Source: Azolla caroliniana (lineage: Eukaryota; Plantae; Polypodiophyta). From it: a DNA stretch of 64,000 nucleotides. The translations under genes and the position numbers were made by a program. Position 1 is the stretch's first letter; every line of letters begins with the position of its first letter. Positions 14,074-25,589 of the stretch are shown piece by piece. The stretch spans positions 16,988,001 to 17,052,000 of the forward strand of contig JBHGNT010000010.1 of assembly GCA_043228905.1 (NCBI GenBank), written 5' to 3'. Below the pieces are notes generated by a model. It was not told where the DNA came from and ran no database searches. It saw only the letters and a program-made list of their open reading frames with translations.

Positions 14074-14891
14074 GCGTGTGTACGCACCCATGTACATTTA
14101 GTGTGAATAACGAGGGCGCCTTTATGGCGCCGAAGAGTAGTCAAGTCGGGACAGACGGTCCCATGTAAGTCGGGGTTTATCCCACATTGTAACACATCCC
14201 TATCCTTGTTCTATAAAAGGAAGGGAACACCCTTTGTGAAAGGGGTTGCCCATTTTGCATTAGAGGGTATACCGTTAGGTTTAGAGTTAGTTTCTTCTTC
14301 TTCTTCTCCCCCTTCGTGTTCGCTCAGGGTTGGCTTGGGTTCGGCCTCCTGTGCAAGACCCCGCTCGGCGCGACGAGCTGAGAGCTCCCCGACGGCGGCT
14401 TGGCAGCAGACGACTACTGTAACCTACCTCAGTCCGGCTCGAAGCCGGGAATGTATTCTTCTTCTATATATGTATATATACGTTTGCGTCTGTCTGTGTA
14501 TATTGGCGTCTTTGTTGGTGTTGGGTGCTTTCCCTTTCCTGCGTTTCCTGTACATGAGGGCGTGAGTTGTGTGTGTGTGTGTGCGTGTGCGTGCGTGCGT
14601 GCGAGTCGGTGTCAAGCGCGCGCTCCCTCTCTTTCTCCCTCTCCCTTTGGTTGCTTCCGGTGTGCTTCTGGGATGCCCCGAAAACGGTGAAGTGCGACTT
14701 CCTACGCTCCATCGCTCCCTAGTCCAAGACCCCCGTGGTCCCGCCTTTCTCCATGCACGCGCGTAATAATGCGACACCGGGCTAGTTTTGTAAATAGTAG
14801 AAAGGGCACTTAGCCTAGCTTAGTTGGTATTTAAACCAACCCCTTGTAACTTAGTTATTGTTGAAAGTATTTTGGTTAATGTAACATATAG

Positions 14892-14895
<4 letters not shown>

Positions 14896-14978
<83 letters not shown>
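14896..14978 (+). repeat. (TC)n microsatellite in the C1 LTR
   Basis: About 20 nt longer than the mirror (GA)n tract at 52287-52349. Confidence 0.95.
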
Positions 14979-14983
<5 letters not shown>

Positions 14984-15638
14984 GCCTTACGTACACACAC
15001 ACATGCATACACACACGTAGTCCTTCTGCTGCATCTCAGCCACTCTTGCTCCTCATTTCGTTACATGGTATCAGAGTGTGTGGTTGCTTAATCAAATCTA
15101 TTCAATTGTGTTGTGGTACACGCCGACGATCAACAGAACCGGCTCATCAACAGAAAAGAAATCGACATAATGAACACTCATATGGGTAGCGCTCTTCCTA
15201 CCGAGAAGCTTAACAGAACGAATTTCGCATCTTGGGAATACAAGATGCATCAATGCCTTGTCGGACAAGGTTACTGGAGATACATTGAAGGAGCGCACGA
15301 AACTCAACCCAACTCAACACACACCAACTATCTCGCTTGGGAGCATGCCGCAAGTTGTGTGTCGTATTGCCTTGCATCATGTGTTCATGATAATATGCTT
15401 GGCTATATTCGAGATTCGAAAACACCGAAAGAAGCTTGGGGGAATCTCAAGAAGATTTTTGCGGCTAACACGGCTACACGAAAGCTCCAACTTCGACAGG
15501 AGCTAAACAACATGCAACAAAGGGACATGTCGATCACAGGTTATACCTTAAAGATCAAGGAGTTGTGTGATGCCCTCGGTTCGATTAATGTCGTAATCGA
15601 CGATGACAAGATGGTGCAAATATGCCTCGGTGGCTTAG

Positions 15639-18600
15639 TGTTGAGAATTGACGCTTCTCTCTACCTTCTTATCTCGGCCACAACCGATTAATCGCGGATC
15701 AATGGAGCAGAAAATAGGAAACACACGTAGAAACAAAACGAAGAAACGCGAGTACACAAGGATTAACGTGGAAAACCCTAAACGGGGAAAAAACCACGGG
15801 AGTACAAGACTCCAAACAACACTATACAGAGAAGTGTACAATGACGAGCTCCAAGGCGACGACCTTGAGCTCGTTGTCCTCGCCACAGGCGGCGGAAAAT
15901 ACACAGAGGCGTCTACCTCTTTCTCTCTCGCGCTCTCTCTCTTTCTCTCGCTCACGGCTGCTCTCTCTTCACTCCTCTAAAGTGGAAAAACAGAAAAATG
16001 AGAAGCAACAAACTAAACTGTTTGCCCTAAGTCATATTTATACACATATGACTTTCGGGCTATTTACAAATATAGCCTCAAGGGCCCTTGGCAAACATAT
16101 TCACAAATATGTCCCCGCATCCGGATCTCTCTCCGGGTACATTCATCATCCGGCTCCGTAGCCGGGTCTTCGTCATTCGGCTCCGTAGCCGGGGTCTTCA
16201 TCATCCGGCTCCGTAGCCGGGTCTTCATCCGGCTTCATGCCGGGTACTCTTCATCCTCCGGTTCCGTAACCGCAACCGGGCTTGCCGTCATTCGTCTCCG
16301 GACATCCCTTCCGGAGGGACCGTAAATCCCAACAAACTCCCCCTTCACTTCGGCATGGGATGTCTCTCCAACCCGATCCTCTTCCGGCATGCTTCCAGCT
16401 TGTCGGGTGTAAGTACCTTGGTCAGCATATCCGACCCGTTCTCGTCCGTGTGGATCTTCGTCAGCACGAACTCCTTGTCTTCTATCCTTTCCCGGATCCA
16501 GTGATATCTTCGCTGGATGTGCTTCGTCCGGGAGTGATAGGCCGCGTTCTTCGCAAGGTGGATGGCACTCTGACTGTCGCAGTAGAGTCGGTACTCCTCT
16601 TGCCGGATACCGAGCTCTCTAATGAAGTCCTTCATCCATATTATTTCCTTGCCGGCTTCAACAGCCGCCATGTACTCCGCCTCCGTGGTTGACAACGCAA
16701 CCGTCTTCTGCAGCCTCGACTGCCACGAAACAGCTCCCCCTGCATACGTCATCACATACCCTGATGTGGACCGGCTGGTATCTGCATCAGCCGACATATC
16801 AGAATCAGTAAAGCCGTCGAGTTCGGGCTTACCGGAGCCGAATCGGAGGCACACGTTTGCCGTGCCCTTCAGGTATCGAAGTATCCACTTGGCCGCGTTC
16901 CAATGCTCTCTGCCGGGATTGCTCATGTACCGGCTCACCACTCCGACTGCATATCCTATGTCCGGTCTCGTACACACCATGGCGTACATCAAGCTCCCGA
17001 CGACTGAGGCATACGGCACTTCCATCATATCCTCCTTTTCAGCCTTTGTCTTGGGACTTTGCTTGCTGGTCAGCTTGCAGTTTGCCGGGAGGGTCGATCC
17101 GACCGGTCTTGCTTCCGACATGTTGAACCGTTGAAGCACCTTTGTCACGTACTTCTCCTGTGACAGCCACAACTGCTTCTTCTTCCGGTCCCGGATGATG
17201 TGCATCCCTAGTATTTGCCTCGCCGGACCCAGGTCCTTCATTGAGAAGGTTCGGTGAAGAGCCTTCTTCAGCATCCGTATCTTGACCTGGTCCTGTCCGA
17301 CGATCAACATGTCGTCCACGTACAGGAGGAGTATTAGAGAGTCTCCTCCTTCGAACTTCTTCACAAACACGCAGTGGTCGGACTGCGTTTTGAGGTACCC
17401 TTCGTTGGTCATGAAGGAGTCGAACTTCCGGTACCATTGCCGGGGAGCCTGCTTCAGTCCGTAAAGGCTCTTCTTCAACCGGCATACCAGGTGCTCCTTC
17501 CCTTTCTTCTCGAATCCTTCCGGTTGCTGCATGTAGATCTCTTCTTCGAGGTCACCGTGAAGGAATGCCGTCTTCACGTCCATCTGTTCTACCTCGAGGT
17601 CCATGCTTGCCGCTATGCTCAGCACCGTCCGGATGGAGGTCATCTTCACTACCGGGGCAAATATCTCGTCGAAGTCGACGCCCTTCTTCTGCTGAAACCC
17701 CTTCACCACGATCCTGGCTTTGTATCTCGGGGGGTTTCCGGCATCTCCCGGTTTCAGCTTGAACACCCACTTGTTACGGAGTGCCCGTTTTCCTTTCGGC
17801 AACTCCACAAGTTCATATGTGTGGTTCTCATGCAGGGAATCCATCTCGTCCTGCATGGCACTCAACCACCTGCGGCTCTGGGTGTCATGCTTTGCTTCTT
17901 CAAAGCTCTCTGGCTCCCCTTCGTCGGTTAGCAGCACGTGCTCTGGTTCCGGAAATCTCCGGGGGGCCCTTCTCTCTCTTAGAGGATATCTCCGTTCCGG
18001 AGCTTCGGTAACTGGTTCTTCCGATTCTTCTTCATCCGAATCCATTTCGGGATCGGGGCCGGTTCCGGTATCGTTTTCATCTTCTTCGGCCGGTTCTGTT
18101 TCTTCACCGTCTTCGGCCGGATCCTCGAGTGTTAACCGGTCCCTTGCCGGTCGGGACTGCTCCTCGTAGAGTTGATCCTCACCGATCGACTTGGAGCTCT
18201 TCATCTTCTTCTCCGACTCCCAGTCGGCGAGTGTCTTGTCCTCCATGAAGATGATGTCTCGACTCCTGAATATCTTCTTGTCGACCGGGTCCCATACTCG
18301 GTAGCCGAACTCGTCGTCGCCGTAATCGAGGAATATGCATGGCCGGGTCTTAGGATCTAGCTTTCCTCTCCGGTCCTTTGCCACATGCACGTATGCGAGA
18401 CACCCGAACACCTTCAGATGCCGGTAGGACACTTCCTTACCGGTCCACACTCTCTGCGGCGTGTCTCCGTCCAAAGGAACTGAGGGTGATCTGTTTATCA
18501 CATATGTCGCCGTCGACATTGCCTCAGCCCAAAACCCCTTGGGTAATTTCGCATGCGCCAGCATACTCCGGACCCTCTCCATTATGGTCCGGTTCATCCT

Positions 18601-21143
18601 CTCGGCCAGCCCGTTCAGTTCCGGCGTCTTCGGCACAGTAAACTCGAGTCGGATTCCCTTCGAGCGACAGTACTCCTGGAACTGCCCCCGGTATTCCCCT
18701 CCGTTATCCGCTCGTATCGCTTTCAGCTTCTTGCCGGATTCCCTTTCCACTCTCGCGTGGAGTTCTTTGAAGACGGACAACACTTGGTCCTTTGTCTTCA
18801 ACGGCGCCGTCCACAGCTTTCGGCTGTGATCATCAATGAAAGTCACGAAGTACTGGGCTCCGCCGTGTGACTTCGTTTCTACCTGACACACATCCGTGTG
18901 CACCAACTCCAATGGTGCGCTACGTCTCGTCGGTGGCCTTGAGTGGAAGGAGGTTCGGTTCTGCTTACCGGCCAGGCAATCGGTGCACTTCTCCAGGTGC
19001 ACATGCTTCACTGGAATAAGGTTGTCTTCTGCAAGCCTCTTCATCCCCTTCTCACTCATGTGACACAGTCTCTTGTGCCACAGCTCACCGGCAGTATCGG
19101 CTGCCACGTTCAGCTCCTCCGGACACGACCGGGCATTCATCAGGTACAGTGTGTTGTCTTTCCGGGCCCGAGCCACTATCAGGCTCCCTTTGCTGAACTT
19201 CATGACACCGTTCCGGATGCTACCCGTGTAGCCTTCATCGTCTAGCCTCCCGGCCGAAATCAGGTTCAATCGAACCTCCGGAACGTGTCGGACATCCTTC
19301 AGCAGCATCTTGCATCCGGTTGATGTCATCAGCCACACGTCTCCTATGCCGGCAATCCGGCACGTACCCTCATTTCCCATCCGGACACAACCGTGCTCAC
19401 CGGCTGTGTAGGATGAGAAGTATTTCTTCTCCGGGGTCAGGTGGAACGACGCTCCGGAATCGACCACCCAGGTCATCTCTACACCGGCAAGGTTCAGCTC
19501 CCTCTCTTCGGTAATGAGCATTATCTCTTCTTCACTTGCCGCGAGTGCCGTCGTTCCTTTCCGGTCCTGCCCTCGCCGATCCGAACCTCTCCGGTCCGTG
19601 GCTCCCCGGTATGCACCGTTTCTCTCCGGTGACTTCTTCGAATCGGTGTCGTCGGCTCCGTTGTCTTTTCGGTAATGCCGACAATTCTTTCGGAAGTGCC
19701 CCGGCTTCCCACAGTGGAAGCATGTAGGCCTTCCTCTTGACTGCGACCGGGTCCCCGACTTCTCCCGTCTTTGCGGACTCCGGTTCCATTGTCTTCCCCG
19801 ATCCGATTCGGTAAGCAGCGCCTTCGAGTCGGAGGCCGGTTCTTTATCTCTCCGACGCGCTTCTTCGTTCAGAATACTTGTCTTTACCGTTTGTAAGGAC
19901 AAGTTATCTTCGGTGCAGGAGGTGCTGAGAGTCACCACCAAGTTCTCCCAGCTGTCCGGCAATGTACACATCAGGATGATGGCTTGCATTGCATCCTCCA
20001 ACGGGAACTTGATCGCCGCAAGCTGGTTCACGAATCCCATGAATGTGCTTACGTGTTCCACCATACTCTCGCCGTCCCGGTACTTGAGGTTCACTATCTT
20101 CCTCATCAGGGAGGTCCGGTTCAACGCATTCTTCCTCTCATAGAGGCCAGACAGCTTCTTCCACATCTCGTATGCGTTGGTGTCGTTCGCCACATGTTGC
20201 AGGACGCTTACGTCGACATATTGTCGGATCGTCGCTACGGCTTTCCGGTTCAGGAGCTTCCACTCCGACTCAAGTACCCCCTTCGGTATTTCCGACCTGT
20301 CAGTCGGTTCGTACAGGTCCCGAACAATCAGAAGATCCTCCATCTTGATCTTCCAGTCGGCGTAATTCTGTGCATTCAGCACCATCATCATCGGCTGCCC
20401 GCTGCCGCCGCCTTCCATTTTCTGCAACAGTCGCTCTGATACCAGTTTGTTGAGAATTGACGCTTCTCTCTACCTTCTTATCTCGGCCACAACCAATTAA
20501 TCGCGGATCAATGGAGCAGAAAATAGGAAACACACGTAGAAACAAAACGAAGAAACGCGAGTACACAAGGATTAACGTGGAAAACCCTAAACGGGGAAAA
20601 AACCACGGGAGTACAAGACTCCAAACAACACTATACAGAGAAGTGTACAATGACGAGCTCCAAGGCGACGACCTTGAGCTCGTTGTCCTCGCCACAGGCG
20701 GCGGAAAATACACAGAGGCGTCTACCTCTTTCTCTCTCGCGCTCTCTCTCTTTCTCTCGCTCACGGCTGCTCTCTCTTCACTCCTCTAAAGTGGAAAAAC
20801 AGAAAAATGAGAAGCAACAAACTAAACTGTTTGCCCTAAGTCATATTTATACACATATGACTTTCGGGCTATTTACAAATATAGCCTCAAGGGCCCTTGG
20901 CAAACATATTCACAAATATGTCCCCGCATCCGGATCTCTCTCCGGGTACATTCATCATCCGGCTCCGTAGCCGGGTCTTCGTCATTCGGCTCCGTAGCCG
21001 GGGTCTTCATCATCCGGCTCCGTAGCCGGGTCTTCATCCGGCTTCATGCCGGGTACTCTTCATCCTCCGGTTCCGTAACCGCAACCGGGCTTGCCGTCAT
21101 TCGTCTCCGGACATCCCTTCCGGAGGGACCGTAAATCCCAACA
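15639..21143 (-). mobile_element. Intact young Ty1/Copia (Tnt1/Tork-like), 5505 bp
   Basis: 696-bp LTRs at 15639-16334 and 20448-21143 (one mismatch noticed, 15686 G vs 20495 A). TSD CTTAG, PBS-iMet 20444-20433, PPT AGGGGGAG next to the 3' LTR. Empty site at 51627-51631. Confidence 0.98.
16345..20418 (-). CDS. Copia Gag-Pol polyprotein (~1357 aa)
   Basis: Uninterrupted ORF with CFHCGKPGHFRKNC knuckle, WVVDSGAS protease, HHCC/DDE integrase, QMDVKTAFLHG and YVDD RT, and RNase H, in Copia domain order. First ATG at 20418. Confidence 0.97.
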   Translation of the reverse strand: MEGGGSGQPMMMVLNAQNYADWKIKMEDLLIVRDLYEPTDRSEIPKGVLESEWKLLNRKAVATIRQYVDVSVLQHVANDTNAYEMWKKLSGLYERKNALNRTSLMRKIVNLKYRDGESMVEHVSTFMGFVNQLAAIKFPLEDAMQAIILMCTLPDSWENLVVTLSTSCTEDNLSLQTVKTSILNEEARRRDKEPASDSKALLTESDRGRQWNRSPQRREKSGTRSQSRGRPTCFHCGKPGHFRKNCRHYRKDNGADDTDSKKSPERNGAYRGATDRRGSDRRGQDRKGTTALAASEEEIMLITEERELNLAGVEMTWVVDSGASFHLTPEKKYFSSYTAGEHGCVRMGNEGTCRIAGIGDVWLMTSTGCKMLLKDVRHVPEVRLNLISAGRLDDEGYTGSIRNGVMKFSKGSLIVARARKDNTLYLMNARSCPEELNVAADTAGELWHKRLCHMSEKGMKRLAEDNLIPVKHVHLEKCTDCLAGKQNRTSFHSRPPTRRSAPLELVHTDVCQVETKSHGGAQYFVTFIDDHSRKLWTAPLKTKDQVLSVFKELHARVERESGKKLKAIRADNGGEYRGQFQEYCRSKGIRLEFTVPKTPELNGLAERMNRTIMERVRSMLAHAKLPKGFWAEAMSTATYVINRSPSVPLDGDTPQRVWTGKEVSYRHLKVFGCLAYVHVAKDRRGKLDPKTRPCIFLDYGDDEFGYRVWDPVDKKIFRSRDIIFMEDKTLADWESEKKMKSSKSIGEDQLYEEQSRPARDRLTLEDPAEDGEETEPAEEDENDTGTGPDPEMDSDEEESEEPVTEAPERRYPLRERRAPRRFPEPEHVLLTDEGEPESFEEAKHDTQSRRWLSAMQDEMDSLHENHTYELVELPKGKRALRNKWVFKLKPGDAGNPPRYKARIVVKGFQQKKGVDFDEIFAPVVKMTSIRTVLSIAASMDLEVEQMDVKTAFLHGDLEEEIYMQQPEGFEKKGKEHLVCRLKKSLYGLKQAPRQWYRKFDSFMTNEGYLKTQSDHCVFVKKFEGGDSLILLLYVDDMLIVGQDQVKIRMLKKALHRTFSMKDLGPARQILGMHIIRDRKKKQLWLSQEKYVTKVLQRFNMSEARPVGSTLPANCKLTSKQSPKTKAEKEDMMEVPYASVVGSLMYAMVCTRPDIGYAVGVVSRYMSNPGREHWNAAKWILRYLKGTANVCLRFGSGKPELDGFTDSDMSADADTSRSTSGYVMTYAGGAVSWQSRLQKTVALSTTEAEYMAAVEAGKEIIWMKDFIRELGIRQEEYRLYCDSQSAIHLAKNAAYHSRTKHIQRRYHWIRERIEDKEFVLTKIHTDENGSDMLTKVLTPDKLEACRKRIGLERHPMPK

Positions 21144-22039
21144 CTTAGCACCTTGATTTGGCTCGATTAGATCGGCCATCCTTGCAAGGGAGAACTCTCC
21201 TTCATTTTTCGATCTCCAATCAATATTGTTGGTTGTGGAAAATCACGCTCGACAAAGGAGCAATGCACTAGAGGGTCATTTGCTCTACTCCCAGTCGGAT
21301 GATAGAAGAAATTTCGGCCATGGAAATAGAGGTCGATTCGAACAAGGCCGTAATGGTCGGCAGACTCAAGAGCGTAACCCCCACCAATGGCAAGCAGACA
21401 GGAACTATCCCAGAGAGTTCGGCAGAAGGGGGAGTCACCATGCCGGACCAAGCAATCGTAACAACCCGATCGAATTTGGGTATTGTGGAAAACACGACCA
21501 CTATGAAGAGGAGTGCCAAAAAAAGGTAGGAGACTCGACTTCAACTTGTTGCTCACGAACTACGCATAGTATTCTGACTACAACAATCATAGTGGAATGT
21601 TTACGAATTACGCTACAAATTCCGAGTACGAAGATCATAGCGGAATGTTTGTAATGAGACACAAAGCACACTCGATGTCAGCATAGGATTCAACTAGTGC
21701 CTCTGACTCAAATAATGTATGGTTTGTCGATTCGGGAGCATCGAATCACATGACGTCTCATGAAGATTGGTTTCGGGAACTACGTAAGCCTGAATGTCCT
21801 AGATATGTCGAAACAGGAGATTACACGGCGCATCCAATACAGCATATCGGGAACGTCCCATTCGGAAACGACGGAAAACAAACCTACCTCAAGAATGAAC
21901 TGCATGTCCCCACCATCACGAAAAACCTAGTCTCAGTCAGCTAGATTGTCGAACAAGGAATGCAAGTACGATTCAACAACGCTCATCGAAAGGGGCGGTC
22001 AAGTCGTAACTCACGATCAACCCCACCATCGAAAGGGGC

Positions 22040-22896
22040 TCTTGTTTGGCCACTACCTTCATTGCGAAGGCATAGTGATGGACCATATACTTGTTGTAGC
22101 CGAGCTGAGTGACAGGATTCTTCTCTCTAGAAGAGCGCCTTCTTTACTCTGGTCCGGGTCTCTGCATGATGGGTACACCAAACTCATTGTCTAGTGAGGG
22201 AGCCGACATATCCGAATCACTATCGTCGGGGTGATCGACTTCGTATTTAGGCATCTTACCTATGCCTTTGTCCAAGTTCGTACTTGGCCGTGACGTGCTT
22301 GGGTCGCGTGGGGGCTCTTGTGGCCCACTAGGCCTTGCTGTAATGGGACTTTCTTCGAACATGTGTTCGAAGCGACCTCCATCTTCTACCTCTTGTTCGA
22401 CGGATTCTGGGTCGAGCGGAGTCAGAGTCAAAGTTGTCTCTAGTGTGTACCAAGATGCGGACTCGTCGAAGACTACGTCTCGACTTACCCAAGCCGCTCG
22501 GGTGAAAGGGTTGTAGCACTTGTATGCCTTCTTCTCGGACGAGTATCCTATGAGGATACATTCCTCCGACTTCCCGTTGGGATTCTATCGTTGTTCGTTC
22601 GAGATGCGTACATTCGCAATGCTTCCGAACACCTTGAGGTGTGATAGGATCGGCTTCCTTCCGACAAGGAGCTCGTAGGGAGTTAGCTCATGGGCTCCAT
22701 TGATGGTGCACCGGTTCATGAGATAGACGGTCGTGGATGCCTGTCGGCCCAATAGAAGTTTGGCATGTGCTTCTCATGCATCATGTCGGGTGCTACCTCA
22801 AGTATTTGCCGATTCTATTTCGGCTACTCCATTTTGTTGGGGTGTGTGTCGGCACAAGAATTCTCTCCAAATGCCTTCACTTTGGAGGTAGGACGT
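22040..22896 (-). mobile_element. Copia C3 fragment (integrase C-terminal part), host of G1, cut by the inversion junction
   Basis: Translates to RHTPQQNGVAE and KSEECILIGYS...YKCYNP. It joins 44547 onward across the ACGT TSD. Confidence 0.8.
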
Positions 22897-24293
22897 TGTT
22901 GCGTTGTTACGCGCGTGCGTGGAGAACGAGGTGGGACCACCGAGGCCTCAGACCGAGAAATAACCGAATGAAGGGAGGGGAAGGACTCTTACGATGTAAT
23001 TCACACGCACACAGACCCACAGAATCACAGGAATTGCAATTAGCTACAGAACGCCAGATGGAGACAGAACGAATGTTTATGTATATATATATATAAATCA
23101 AGGTGTTACAACCGGCAAGCCGGCGAGTGATGGGCTTCGACGCCTACGCACACACACACACACAAATTGAACACGAGATGGAGGCTCTACCGGGAGCACT
23201 CGGGCGTCCCACGGAACAAAGTCCGCCTCCCGAAAACCAGCACAGAACGATTATAGAGACGATAGAGGAGAGGAAAAATGCTCGGTTCCAGTTCGGTAGC
23301 ACTTCGTCCTCCACAAAACGCGATCTATTTCCCTCACTTCTCCCTCTCTTTTATAACCCAAGGAGGGAGGCCGTTACCACTTGTTACATCATGTTTATTC
23401 CCTGTCCTTTTGGATAGGGATACGCCTCGATTTTCTCCCTACCGAACGCGTACTACCTAGGATTTCACCTCAGGTGACTTGTACCTACCTACGTACTACA
23501 CAACAAAACTTGTGCCCACGTGTAGTACGTTATACTCGGTTTCCGCCTAGGGACTGTTTTCTCCACGACATCCGCCCCCACCTAACCGCGCATCCACCGG
23601 TATGCGCCAAAAATAGACTCCTGCCAGAGAAGACCGGCCCACACTTATCCTTTGTCTTCCGGATCGGCATCCATTCCGAGCCGGTCGTTGTCGCTATCCA
23701 GGTCGCCTGGGTCCGGTTCAGCCTCGTGCCGCTTTTTGAAGGCTTTGATCCTTTTCCCGCCACCGGTACCGCCATCCTTGTCCCGTCGAGCTCCGCGAGA
23801 TGGTAGGTCCCATTGTCGTTGGCACTCGTCACCGCATAAGGCCCGAACCACCTTCTTGCAAACTTCCGCGTTGTCCGGTGCTGGTTGTCGAGGCTGCTGT
23901 CATACACTAGAACCCAGTTGCCTTTCTTGATCTTCTTCGGTCTCAATCGGTGAGTCCAGTTGAACCGCCCTTTATTCTTTACCCTCACCACACGTAGCTG
24001 CTCCGCGGCTCGGTCCATGTCCTTCAGTCTTCGTTCCAGCCGCCAAATCCGTGCCACTAACAGCTCCTCCCGGCTCATCTCGTTGTTCCAGTCCATCGTG
24101 GCCCATGAGGAGATTGTCTATTCCGTTGGCATGATCGGCTTCTGCCCGTGACATTAGCTCTACCGGCATGAACTCGGTTACCGAATTGTGTGTAGTTCGG
24201 TCCGCCCACAACGCATAGGGTAAGAGCCGCGGCTAGTTCCTGACATGGCCTCCACACACTCGTACCAACGCTTTGACGATCGGCCCGTGTCCG

Positions 24294-25589
24294 TGTCAGA
24301 ACCAAGGATAAAAGATAGAGTGATGGAAGAAGGATAGAGAAGAATGGATGTATAAGATAGAGAAAGAAAGAGAATGGATACAAGATATGTAATGAGAGCT
24401 AAAGATTGGTGTTTTTGGGCAAAATCTCTATCCATGAAACAAGAATTGGCTCCAGTATCTAAGAGGGCTTGGACTTGAAGTTGACAACTGGGTGTCCTAA
24501 CTTGTACTAGGGCTGAGAAGACTCTACTAACATGCTTGGAAGAAATGGAACCCACACTAGGTTGTACATATCTAGGGTTGTCCAACCAAATGGCTCCTAT
24601 TTTGGCCGGACTTATTCGTTTGACTCCTCTTCTAATTGGCTTAGGACTTCAAATTTATTGGACAAGAGTGGATTATTCATAATATTAGATTCACTAACTA
24701 CTTCTAAAATGTTGGACTCATTTTTATTGTCATAGTGAATTTGATTTACCTGACGTCTCGGCCTACGGGAGCAATGAATGGCTATATGTCCTGGACCTCC
24801 ACAATATAAGCACAGATGGTTTCTAAAATGTTGGACTCATTTTTATTGTCATAGTGAATTTGATTTACCTGACGTCTCGGCCTACGGGTGCAATGAATAA
24901 TAAGCACAAAAGGTTACTATAGAGAAGCAACGTCGTCGAGCAAACCATCTGTGCTTATATTGTGGAGGTCCAGGACATATAGCCATTCATTGCTCCCGTA
25001 GACCGAGACGTCAGGTAAATCAAATTCACTATGACAATAAAAATGAGTCCAACATTTTAGAAACCATCTGTGCTTATATTGTGGAGGTCCATGACATATA
25101 GCCATTCATTGCTCCCGTAGGCCGAGACGTCAGGTAAATCAAATTCACTATGACAATAAAAATGAGTCCAACATTTTAGAAGTAGTTAGTGAATCTAATA
25201 TTATGAATAATCCACTCTTGTCCAATAAATTTGAAGTCCTAAGCCAATTAGAAGGGGAGTCAAACGAATAAGTCCGGCCAAAATAGGAGCCATTTGGTTG
25301 GACAACCCTAGATATGTACAACCTAGTGTGGGTTCCATTTCTTCCAAGCATGTTAGTAGAGTCTTCTCAGCCCTAGTACAAGTTAGGACACCCAGTTGTC
25401 AACTTCAAGTCCAAGCCCTCTTAGATACTGGAGCCAATTCTTGTTTCATGGATAGAGATTTTGCCCAAAAACACCAATCTTTAGCTCTCATTACATATCT
25501 TGTATCCATTCTCTTTCTTTCTCTATCTTATACATCCATTCTTCTCTATCCTTCTTCCATCACTCTATCTTTTATCCTTGGTTCTGACA
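24294..25589. repeat. Near-perfect inverted repeat, ~605-bp arms (24294-24898 and 24985-25589), ~86-bp loop
   Basis: Mirrored ORFs sum to 49883. Both arms carry a 119-bp tandem duplication. Confidence 0.95.

Larger units (their letters stand above)
9546..14776 (+). mobile_element. Non-autonomous Gypsy-derived LTR element G3 (gag remnant, no pol)
   Basis: 766-bp LTRs at 9546-10311 and 13363-14776 (the latter holds a solo LTR), with TGTCG...CGACA ends. PBS-Trp TGGTGAACCCGACGTGAA 10316-10333, PPT GGTTAGGTGGGGGCGGA 13346-13362, 4-bp TSD CCGG. Confidence 0.92.
3254..22021. repeat. Left arm of large inverted segmental duplication (includes a 5.5-kb arm-specific Copia)
   Basis: Reverse complement of 50754-64000. 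Paired coordinates sum to 67254 in the gene region, 67246 after an 8-bp repeat indel, 67265 after the (CT)n difference and 72775 after the Copia insertion. The mirrored ORF track agrees. The outer limit is set by the window end. Confidence 0.98.
9483..22021 (+). mobile_element. Copia C1, left-arm copy, truncated at the inversion junction
   Basis: 5' LTR 9483-15065 is interrupted by G3. PBS TGGTATCAGAG at 15066. Gag runs from ~15170 and is interrupted by the Tork-like Copia. The protease-like WFVDSGASNHMT lies near 21720, and the copy stops at 22021. Confidence 0.88.

Noticed and set aside
24294-25589. Inverted repeat as a MULE/Foldback DNA transposon or MITE
   Set aside because: No TSD flanks the inverted repeat itself. 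The TSD encloses 24294-25872, the ends are TG...CA and the content is retroviral gag/protease.
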